Shown here: positions 8,215 to 16,092 of the stretch, one piece after another
Layout of the letters: every line of letters starts with the position of its first letter
Position numbering within the stretch: position 1 is the stretch's first letter
Source of the DNA: Kiritimatiellia bacterium
GTDB taxonomy: Bacteria; Verrucomicrobiota; Kiritimatiellia; RFP12; UBA1067
Reading direction: 5' to 3'
Length of the DNA stretch: 42,661 bases
NCBI GenBank assembly: GCA_017432385.1
Contig: JAFRJH010000028.1
Span: forward strand, 1-42,661
The notes under the pieces: model-generated
The model's database searches: none
Seen by the model: only the letters and a program-made list of their open reading frames with translations
What the model was told of the DNA's origin: nothing
Program-made: the position numbers and the translations under genes

Positions 8215-9998
8215 AAACACGCATCTACGGCACAGGACGGACGATTGGCGCGACGGCTGTCGCGGCATTTGCGGCATTCCATGCGATCGCGGGCTCGGTC
8301 GTCAAGATCGAGGGAACCGAAGGCGCCTGGCATCTGACGTTCAACGGAAAGCCCTACTTCATCAACGGCGGCGGAGGCGGCGGGTCGAAGGCTCTTCTCA
8401 GGGAGATCGGCGGCAATTCGTTCCGCACGTGGGGCGCCGACAAGGCGAAGAAGGAGCTGAACGAGGCGGCTAAATACGGCCACACCGTGATGCTCGGCTT
8501 CTGGCTCGGCCACCACAACCACGGCTTCAGCTACCTCGACAGGGCGGCGCTTGAGCGCACGGAACGCGAGGTGCTCGAGACTGTCTCGAAGATCAAGGGG
8601 CATCCCGCGCTCCTCTGCTACGCGCTCGGCAACGAGATGGAGCTCGGCGAGCCCAACCCGAAGGAGATGTGGACCTTCATCAACGACCTCGCAAGGAAGG
8701 TCAAGGCGGCGGATCCGGACCATCCAGTCGGCACCGTCGTCGCGGACATGTGGAAGGACAAGGCGGACGCGATCATCAGGTACGCGCCCGAACTCCAGTA
8801 CATGGGCCTCAACTCCTATGGCGGCGCGCTCACCGTCGGCAGACGCTGGCGCGAGCTCGGAGGCAGGATCCCGTATATCCTAACCGAGTACGGCCCGATG
8901 GGGGCCGACGAGTGCGGCAAGGCGCCGAACGGCCTTCCGCTCGAATGGACGTCGACGCGCAAGGCGGAGTGGTACCGCGATGTCTACGAGAAGACGATCC
9001 TCGACGAGAAGGGCAAGTGGTGCCTCGGCGGATATGTCTTCACATGGGGACACAAGAACGAGGTCTCGCCGACGTGGTTCGGCACGATGCTCCCCGACGG
9101 AACGAAGCTCGAGGTCGTCGCGACGCTCGCGAAGTTCTGGGGGCGGAAGGTCTCCAACCGCTGCCCCGTGATCGGGGAGGTGAAGGTCTCGAAGGACGCC
9201 CCCGGGGAAGGCGAGACCGTCGAGGCCTCGGTGTCCGCCAGCGATCCCGAGGGCGACAGGCTCATTTGGAAGTGGACGCTCGTCGACGAGGCCTCGTACT
9301 ACGGCGAGGCGGGGCTCGGACTTGCGATGCCCGAGGGATGGGACGAGGCGATTGTCGCCGGGCAGGGCACGGACAGGGTCAAGGTGAAGCTTCCCGGAGG
9401 CGGCAAGTACCGTCTCTACGCGTACTGCTTCGACGGCAGGGGCAACGCCGCGTACGCGAACTGGCCCATGCTGGGGAAGGGCCCGAAGCCGAAGAAGGAA
9501 CGCCGCGCCGAGAAGCTTCCGTTCGCCGTGTACGACGACTCTCCGCGCCACTGGTTCGTGTCCGGATACATGGGCAACACCGGCGCACTGAAGGTCGAGG
9601 ACTCGTGCGGGGAGAATCCGCGTTCGGGCGATGCCTGCATGAAAATCTCGTATTCGGCGGGAGACAACTGGGCGGGAATAATGTGGCAGAGCCCCGCGAA
9701 CGACTGGGGCAAGGCGGACGGGGGATTCAACCTCTCCGAGGCGAACACGCTCGTCTTCTGGGCGCGCGGCGAGAAGGGCGGCGAGAAGGTCAAGTTCTTC
9801 TGCGGAGGTTTGAAGGACTGCGCGTTTCCCGACACCGGCAAGGGCGAGACGGAAATCGTGCTGAAGAAGGGGTGGACGCGCTATCGCATCGCTCTCGACG
9901 GCCAGGACCTCTCGCGCATGAAGACCGGCTTTGCCTTCACGCTGGGCGGTCCGGCGAAGACTTTCTACCTTGACGACATCCAGTACGTGAGCCAGTGA
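8211..9998 (+). CDS. clan GH-A (beta/alpha)8 glycoside hydrolase with C-terminal Ig-like and CBM-like modules
   Basis: The ATG overlaps the upstream stop (ATGA at 8211-8214). GGNSFRTWG, LCYALGNEMELG (candidate acid/base NE) and PYILTEYGP (candidate nucleophile E). C-terminal modules begin at about 9162. The exact GH family is not assignable by eye (GH5- or GH158-like architecture). Confidence 0.7.
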   Translation: MKTRIYGTGRTIGATAVAAFAAFHAIAGSVVKIEGTEGAWHLTFNGKPYFINGGGGGGSKALLREIGGNSFRTWGADKAKKELNEAAKYGHTVMLGFWLGHHNHGFSYLDRAALERTEREVLETVSKIKGHPALLCYALGNEMELGEPNPKEMWTFINDLARKVKAADPDHPVGTVVADMWKDKADAIIRYAPELQYMGLNSYGGALTVGRRWRELGGRIPYILTEYGPMGADECGKAPNGLPLEWTSTRKAEWYRDVYEKTILDEKGKWCLGGYVFTWGHKNEVSPTWFGTMLPDGTKLEVVATLAKFWGRKVSNRCPVIGEVKVSKDAPGEGETVEASVSASDPEGDRLIWKWTLVDEASYYGEAGLGLAMPEGWDEAIVAGQGTDRVKVKLPGGGKYRLYAYCFDGRGNAAYANWPMLGKGPKPKKERRAEKLPFAVYDDSPRHWFVSGYMGNTGALKVEDSCGENPRSGDACMKISYSAGDNWAGIMWQSPANDWGKADGGFNLSEANTLVFWARGEKGGEKVKFFCGGLKDCAFPDTGKGETEIVLKKGWTRYRIALDGQDLSRMKTGFAFTLGGPAKTFYLDDIQYVSQ

Positions 9999-10009
9999 TT
10001 GAAAGGAGC

Positions 10010-13000
10010 ATGATGAAAAGACTTCTTGCTGTTGCGATCGCGTCCACGGCAGTCTCTCTCTCGGCCGGCACCTACACCTGGACCGGAGCGGCCGGCAACG
10101 GCCTGTACTTCACCGCCGGCAACTGGGACTACACCGACGACGGCGGCGCGACGACGTCCCCCGCCGCGACCTCGCCGGGCAGCACGCCCGCGGACGACAT
10201 CGTGATCGCCAACGGCGATACGGTGTCCTACGACCCCGGCGGCGACTGGAAGCCGAGCGGGACGACGACGATCTCCGGCGGCTCGACGCTTGTGCAGATC
10301 ACCGGCGGCGCCTGGGCGGAGATCCGCGGCGCGCTGGTCCTCGACGGCGGCACCTACGATTCCGGAACGGCCGGGCAGGTCCGTTTCGACGGGACGGTGA
10401 CGGTGCGCAGCGGCGGCACCCTCTTCCTGCGGGGGACGGCGAGCAACTCCAGCCTCGGCTCGTTCGTGATCGAAACGGGCGGAACGGTCGTCCGCACGGG
10501 TGCCTGGGCCGGCGCGATTCCGCTCGTGATGCGCGGAGGCTGGTTCGAATGCCAGGGCACGTTGTCCAGCCCGAACGCGGCCGACGAATACACGAGCGGT
10601 ACGATCTTCGTTTCGTCCGGCGAGTTCCAGCCGCCGTCGGACACGGAGTTCGACCTGGGCGGCGTGGACTGGATCGTCCGGATGATCTCGCCCCGCCAGA
10701 ACGGCGTCCCCGTCCTCTCCGGCGGCTCCCTCACTCTCTTCAATTCCGGCAACGACGGCTTCTACCAGATGGCCGGCGTCCACGCGAACCTGCCCGCCGG
10801 CTCCGGCGCGGCGGTGACGGTTCCTCGCGCTCCGGAGGACGTCTACTCTCGATACTTCTCGAACGGCAAGTTCACCGTCGCGGGCGCCACGCTCACGCAG
10901 GCCGAATTCGCGGAGCAGATCGTCGTGGAAGCCGCCGCGACGCCGACGAACGGCAACGCCTCGGCGTATTCGACGTTCCGCCTCGCGGCCGTCTCCCCCT
11001 ACGGCATCACGTCGCCTGCCGCCAGCGAAGTCGGCGAAACCTCGGCGACGATCTCCGCGTTCGTGTCGAAGACCGACCCCGGCGCGACGGTCTACGCGCT
11101 CTGGGGCGCGGCCGCAGCCGCGACGGACGACCTCTCCGCGTGGGACCATGCCGAGAGCGCAGGCGCGGCCGTCGCGGAAACCACCTTCACGAAGGCACTT
11201 TCCGGACTGGAGACGGACGTCCCCGTCCACTACGCCTTCGCGATCGTCACGAACGGCGCGGTCGCGGCCGCGACCGCCGTGAAGGCCTTCACGCCGAGCG
11301 CCTACTCCGCCGTCTTCACGGGCGCGGCGGGCGACGGGCTCTGGGCCACCCCCGGCAACTGGCGCGACGGCGTCGTTCTGACCGAGTCTGACACGATCCG
11401 CATCGACGCGGACTGCACGCGTTCCGGCAACCTCAACCTGCAGAACTGGGACATCACCGTGAACGGTGCCTCGTTCGTCTGTACCGCCGAGCTCAACCCC
11501 GGCCCGCGGACGGTCTTGAACGGCTCGATCACGGCCGTCACGTTCATCGCTGGCGGCACGGGCAACGCGCTCGTCGTCCGCGGCTCGTCCGTCGTCTCTA
11601 CGCGCACTAGCAACCTTGGCCAGGCCCCGCGCGGCTTCTACGGCGCCGATCCGCACTTCGACTTCCGCTCAGGCGCCCCGTGCTCCTATACCTACGCCTA
11701 CAATCCCGAGGGCGAGCCCCCGGACTTCTCGGCGGAGTTCAATGCGCTCTTCGCGGGCGGCAAGATCCTCGTGGACGGCGCCGCGCTCACGGCCGCCGAC
11801 ATCGGCCGCGTCGCGTATTCCACGAACACCACCGACCACACCGTGACGCTCACGCTCCTCGAGACGACGGTGAACGCCGCCTTCGCGAGAGCCGCGTCGG
11901 CGAGCGTCGACGGCCTCGCCGCGACGCTCTCCGTCCCGGTCGAGGTCGGCGGCGGAAAGCCGCTCTATCTCCTTTTCGGCACCGATCCGGCGTCCCTCGA
12001 GGAGACGCTCGTCGCAGCCTCCGCTGCCGACGCAACGACCTATACGTTCACGACCAACGGCGTCGAAGGGACGCTCTACCACTACCAGTTCCGCCTCGGC
12101 GAGGCGAACGACCCGGAGTCCGTCCTCGACTCCGCCACGCCCCAGACGTTCTTCGCCTCCGTGACGGGCAACCTCTTCACCGGCACCGCGAACGAGCACG
12201 CCAACGACGCCAGGAACTGGTCGAAGGGCGCGGTTCCCTCGGCTTCGGACATCGTCTACGTCGTAGCCGACGTCGCCAAGCGCGGCACGATGCAGTGGGA
12301 CCTCGAGAACGCGACCGTCGCCGGCTGGGTCCAGATCGGCGAGCGCGTGAACTTCCTGACCACACCCTCCAACGTGCTGACGGTCGCAGGCGACGTCTCG
12401 CTCTCCGGCGGCGCCAACTGGACGCACCTCGGCCCGTCCGCCGCGCCGGAGACGAGTGTCAACGTCGCCGTCACGGGCGACCTGTCGCTCTCCGCCGACT
12501 CCGTGATCCAGGCGGGCACAGCGAGCGACGCTGGCGCGCGACAGTCGCGCGGCTGGTCCCGCAGCGGCCCTGGCTACCGCGAGGACGCGGGTGGCTCGCA
12601 TGCCGGCGACGGCGGGCATTGCACCAACATTACCGGATTCGTCAGCTACGGCTCGATCCTCGACCCGCTTTCGTGGGGCTCCGGCGCGCCTGGCGACGGC
12701 CACGCCTACGCGGGCGGCGGCGTAGTGAAGCTCGTGGTGGGCGGAACGCTCGCGAACGACGGCCTCATCGCCTCGCGCGGCTTCGGCTACGCCCTGGAGG
12801 GCTTTGGCTCCGGTTCCGGGGGGTCCGTCAACATCACTGCCGGCGCGCTGGCCGGATCGGGCGCAATCGACGCCAACGGAGGCAACAACGGACTGCTCGG
12901 TCCCGGTTCCGGAGGACGCGTCAAGGTCGCGCTGACCGGCGCGAACGCGAGTTTCGCGAACTTCTCCGGCACCATCGAGGCGATCGGCGGCTCCATGCAG

Positions 13001-13471
13001 AACCAGACGCAGGCCGACTCGCGGGACATATCGCCCGCCGCCGCCGGCACGGTTTGCCTCTCGACTGCCGCGGACACGGCGCCGACCGTACGCGTCCACA
13101 ACGAATTCCACTACGGCAACGGCCCCGCCACCTGGCGCGTCGCGACCGATCCGGACGCAGTTCCTTCGGCAACGCATCTGCCGGCGATGCAGAACCACGA
13201 CTCGCCTGCGGCGCTCAAGCGCACCAGGTGGGAGCTCTCGGGCAACGGAGCGGTCCGCCTTACTTCCGACGTCATGGTTGCATCCCTTGTCCTTGCGTCA
13301 GGTGACGGCACGCAGATGGTCTACACGGACGGGTTCAAGCTTACGACGCCCACGCTGAGCGTCAATGGCGTCAAGCTCCACGGCGTGTACACGAAGGACA
13401 ATGCAGCCTGGGTCGCCGGCGACGGCTCGGTCACGGTCGGGGGCAGCGGATTCCTCGTATTCGTGCGCTGA
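10010..13471 (+). CDS. giant secreted beta-helix/adhesin-like protein, paralog A
   Basis: SD aaaggag at 10002-10008, then ATGATG at 10010/10013. Signal peptide MMKRLLAVAIASTAVSLSA, then GTYTWTGAAGNGLYFTAGNWDY. Gly-rich solenoid-like C-terminal module (GGSHAGDGGH...GGGVVKLVVGG...GSGGSVNITAG...GGRVKVALTG). Ends GSGFLVFVR. Confidence 0.85.
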   Translation: MMKRLLAVAIASTAVSLSAGTYTWTGAAGNGLYFTAGNWDYTDDGGATTSPAATSPGSTPADDIVIANGDTVSYDPGGDWKPSGTTTISGGSTLVQITGGAWAEIRGALVLDGGTYDSGTAGQVRFDGTVTVRSGGTLFLRGTASNSSLGSFVIETGGTVVRTGAWAGAIPLVMRGGWFECQGTLSSPNAADEYTSGTIFVSSGEFQPPSDTEFDLGGVDWIVRMISPRQNGVPVLSGGSLTLFNSGNDGFYQMAGVHANLPAGSGAAVTVPRAPEDVYSRYFSNGKFTVAGATLTQAEFAEQIVVEAAATPTNGNASAYSTFRLAAVSPYGITSPAASEVGETSATISAFVSKTDPGATVYALWGAAAAATDDLSAWDHAESAGAAVAETTFTKALSGLETDVPVHYAFAIVTNGAVAAATAVKAFTPSAYSAVFTGAAGDGLWATPGNWRDGVVLTESDTIRIDADCTRSGNLNLQNWDITVNGASFVCTAELNPGPRTVLNGSITAVTFIAGGTGNALVVRGSSVVSTRTSNLGQAPRGFYGADPHFDFRSGAPCSYTYAYNPEGEPPDFSAEFNALFAGGKILVDGAALTAADIGRVAYSTNTTDHTVTLTLLETTVNAAFARAASASVDGLAATLSVPVEVGGGKPLYLLFGTDPASLEETLVAASAADATTYTFTTNGVEGTLYHYQFRLGEANDPESVLDSATPQTFFASVTGNLFTGTANEHANDARNWSKGAVPSASDIVYVVADVAKRGTMQWDLENATVAGWVQIGERVNFLTTPSNVLTVAGDVSLSGGANWTHLGPSAAPETSVNVAVTGDLSLSADSVIQAGTASDAGARQSRGWSRSGPGYREDAGGSHAGDGGHCTNITGFVSYGSILDPLSWGSGAPGDGHAYAGGGVVKLVVGGTLANDGLIASRGFGYALEGFGSGSGGSVNITAGALAGSGAIDANGGNNGLLGPGSGGRVKVALTGANASFANFSGTIEAIGGSMQNQTQADSRDISPAAAGTVCLSTAADTAPTVRVHNEFHYGNGPATWRVATDPDAVPSATHLPAMQNHDSPAALKRTRWELSGNGAVRLTSDVMVASLVLASGDGTQMVYTDGFKLTTPTLSVNGVKLHGVYTKDNAAWVAGDGSVTVGGSGFLVFVR
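12170..13468 (+). repeat. conserved C-terminal module, copy 1 (shared with 14738-16078)
   Basis: Collinear protein similarity with paralog B runs from NLFTGTANEHANDARNWSKGAVPSASDIV to the C-terminus. The two genes share nucleotide strings such as accggattcgt, atcctcgacccgctttc and ggacgcgtcaaggtcgcgct. Confidence 0.8.
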
Positions 13472-13513
13472 GGGTCTCCTGCGGTGCAATACTGGTTTTA
13501 GAAAGGGAAAAAC

Positions 13514-16081
13514 ATGAAGAAAATCATTACAATCGCAGTCGCGGCTGTGGCAGGGCACCTCCTCGCCGGCACATACACCTGGACCGGTTCGGCCGGCGAC
13601 GGCCTGTGGACTACAGCCGCAAACTGGAACTATTACGGTGAAACAGCGACTTCGCATCCGGGTAATTCGCCTTCAGATGATGTTGTGATTGATGGAAATT
13701 ACAATGTTATCTATGATGTCGGGTCTGACTTCACTCCGCAGGCAAACGTTGTCATAACGGTATCCGGAGGGGCAACACTTACCCAACAAGGTGGCAACTG
13801 GCAGGACTTCAAAGAGGGGGCTGAACTGATACTTGACAATGGCTCCTACGACGGTGGCTCGGCAACCAATTTCCGACTCAACAATGGAAAGCTTACAATC
13901 AGGAATGGGGGAAAGTTCACTTGTTCTAACGGTGAGCTTAGCCGTAGTGATGCCTCGGTAGTCACTGTGGAATCTGGCGATATTACGCTGAAAGGTAATT
14001 TCAGGTTGCTTGCTTCAGATCGGTTCGTCAGTGGATCAATTACAACAGATGGTGAATTGGTCCCGACAACGAACATCACGCTTGATGGTTTTAGTTTGTC
14101 CTGCTCTACGATGACACCGGCGAATAATCCTGTGATCACCCTGAAGTCCGGTTCGATTTCTACAAGGCGAACAGCAGATGCATCGGATGCCGGTTTCTGG
14201 GGCGCATGTACCGTTGATATTCTTATTGGAAAGGTTGCTTCGTTTTCTGCGCTTGTCCATAATGACAAGACTGCTTATGCAGATACATATGGCACCACGA
14301 GATTTAAGTATAACGGTCCTTCGCTTACGGCTGAAGAATTTGCGGAAATATTCACGACGGAGATTACCTCTGATGGAGATTACTCTCGCTACACGATTTC
14401 TACATCTGAAGTTTCAGGCGCTCCCGCTATCGATAGCTATTCAGCAACCTACTCGGATTCTGCAATTTCATTCGAGGTTTCGCTTGAAGAGTCGTCGGCA
14501 CCGGACACTGTTCTCACACTTTACTATGATACTGCGGATCATGAGCATAACACGTCTTTTGGTTGGCCGAATAGCGTTCCGCTTGTTCTTGATTCGACAG
14601 ACGGTAAATACAAAGCCGTTGTCAATACAAACGTTGATGCGGTTTATTATTACTTGGTTTCTGCCTCAAGCGAATCGGCAGCCCAGACAATTTGGGCAAG
14701 TGGCACCGTTATTGCTGCTGACATGCCGACAGATTCAAACGTTTGGCTCGGCAACACATCAGACATTACACTTCCTTCCAATTGGTCGAAACAGGCGGTG
14801 CCTGGTGCTGACGACATTGTAGAAATTAGCCAGTTCTTCTCCAAGGGAAATCGAATCAACTGGAATGTAGCGGCTGTGCCAGAGGTTGCAGGATGGAGGC
14901 AGAGCAATGCAATGGTTGTTTCGTTCAACACGACAGCGTCATCCGCATTTCTAATCAGTGGGGACGCAAGACTCACGGCTGGTACTTGGACGCATGGCGG
15001 GCCGGCGGATGTGCCGACTGAAATGGTCAATGTTTCCGTTGGTGGCGCGATGACCGTTGGCGCGAACGCCCGCATTGTTGCAGGCACTGGATCGAATGCG
15101 GACGACAACGACGGTGCACCGCGCGGCTATACGCGTGCACATGGTCCTGGCTATCTGCGCACGGCCGGCGGGTCGTATGCAGGAGATGGCGGACACATCA
15201 CGAACACGACCGGATTCGTGAGCTACGGCTCCATCCTCGACCCGCTTTCCTACGGCTCCGGCGGCTGGGGCGACAACTCCGGCTACGGCGGCGGTGGCGT
15301 GATCCGGCTCGTTGTCGGCGGCGCGCTGACGATGGACGGCGTCATCCGCTCCCGCGGATTCGGCTACGCGCTCAACGGGACGATTCCCGAAACCGGGGAA
15401 AGCACCGCGGGTGGCGCGGGCTCCGGCGGATCTATCAACATCACCGCCGCTTCGCTCTCGGGCTCGGGCTCGATCGACGCCAACGGCGGCAATAACGGCC
15501 TCTACGGTCCTGGCAGCGGCGGACGCGTCAAGGTCGCGCTCACCGGCGCGGGAGAGGACTTCTCCGGATTCGCCGGCACGATCGAGGCTGTCGGCGGCTG
15601 GATGGAAAGCCTTGAGTCGCCGGAGTTTTTCGATGTGTCCCCGGCCGCCGCCGGAACCGTATGTCTGCAGGCTGGCGCCGCGAATCCCGTCGTGAAGGTC
15701 CACAATGTCTTCCGCATCGCGGGCGTCGACTCGACGTGGCGCGTCGCCACGGGCGAGGCGGTTCCCTCCGCCACGCACCTGCCGTCCATGCAGGGCGGGG
15801 ACGTGATGTCAGCGCTCAAGAAGACGGCCTGGGAGCTTTCGGGGCGCGGCGCGATCAGGCTCACTGCCGACGCGAGGGTCGCTTCGCTGACGCTCGCCTC
15901 CGACGGCGGCGACCAGCGCGTCTACACCGAAGGGCACACGCTGACGGTCTCCCGCTTCACGGTGAACGGGCTCAAGGTGCCGTATGGCGTGTACACCTCC
16001 GCCGACAAGCCGGGAATCATCATCGGCGACGGCGCGGTCGAGGTGAGGAACTCCGCCGGAATGGCAGTGTACGTTAGGTAA
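13514..16081 (+). CDS. giant secreted beta-helix/adhesin-like protein, paralog B (mosaic composition)
   Basis: Signal peptide MKKIITIAVAAVAGHLLA, then GTYTWTGSAGDGLWTTAANWNY. The C-terminal module is homologous to paralog A. Ends SAGMAVYVR. The central part of the gene is strikingly AT-richer than its surroundings. Confidence 0.85.
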   Translation: MKKIITIAVAAVAGHLLAGTYTWTGSAGDGLWTTAANWNYYGETATSHPGNSPSDDVVIDGNYNVIYDVGSDFTPQANVVITVSGGATLTQQGGNWQDFKEGAELILDNGSYDGGSATNFRLNNGKLTIRNGGKFTCSNGELSRSDASVVTVESGDITLKGNFRLLASDRFVSGSITTDGELVPTTNITLDGFSLSCSTMTPANNPVITLKSGSISTRRTADASDAGFWGACTVDILIGKVASFSALVHNDKTAYADTYGTTRFKYNGPSLTAEEFAEIFTTEITSDGDYSRYTISTSEVSGAPAIDSYSATYSDSAISFEVSLEESSAPDTVLTLYYDTADHEHNTSFGWPNSVPLVLDSTDGKYKAVVNTNVDAVYYYLVSASSESAAQTIWASGTVIAADMPTDSNVWLGNTSDITLPSNWSKQAVPGADDIVEISQFFSKGNRINWNVAAVPEVAGWRQSNAMVVSFNTTASSAFLISGDARLTAGTWTHGGPADVPTEMVNVSVGGAMTVGANARIVAGTGSNADDNDGAPRGYTRAHGPGYLRTAGGSYAGDGGHITNTTGFVSYGSILDPLSYGSGGWGDNSGYGGGGVIRLVVGGALTMDGVIRSRGFGYALNGTIPETGESTAGGAGSGGSINITAASLSGSGSIDANGGNNGLYGPGSGGRVKVALTGAGEDFSGFAGTIEAVGGWMESLESPEFFDVSPAAAGTVCLQAGAANPVVKVHNVFRIAGVDSTWRVATGEAVPSATHLPSMQGGDVMSALKKTAWELSGRGAIRLTADARVASLTLASDGGDQRVYTEGHTLTVSRFTVNGLKVPYGVYTSADKPGIIIGDGAVEVRNSAGMAVYVR
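14738..16078 (+). repeat. conserved C-terminal module, copy 2 (shared with 12170-13468)
   Basis: NVWLGNTSDITLPSNWSKQAVPGADDIV...GPGYLRTAGGSYAGDGGH...GGRVKVALTG...SATHLPSMQ... is collinear with paralog A. Confidence 0.8.
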
Positions 16082-16092
16082 TCCGGTCCGAC

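Noticed and set aside
13442-13471. Possibility that the C-terminal tails are PEP-CTERM, LPXTG or T9SS-type sorting domains.
   Set aside because: No PEP or LPXTG motif precedes the tails. There is no hydrophobic segment long enough to span a membrane, no basic cluster beyond a single terminal Arg and no roughly 80-aa CTD. I recognise no exosortase, sortase or T9SS gene in the window.
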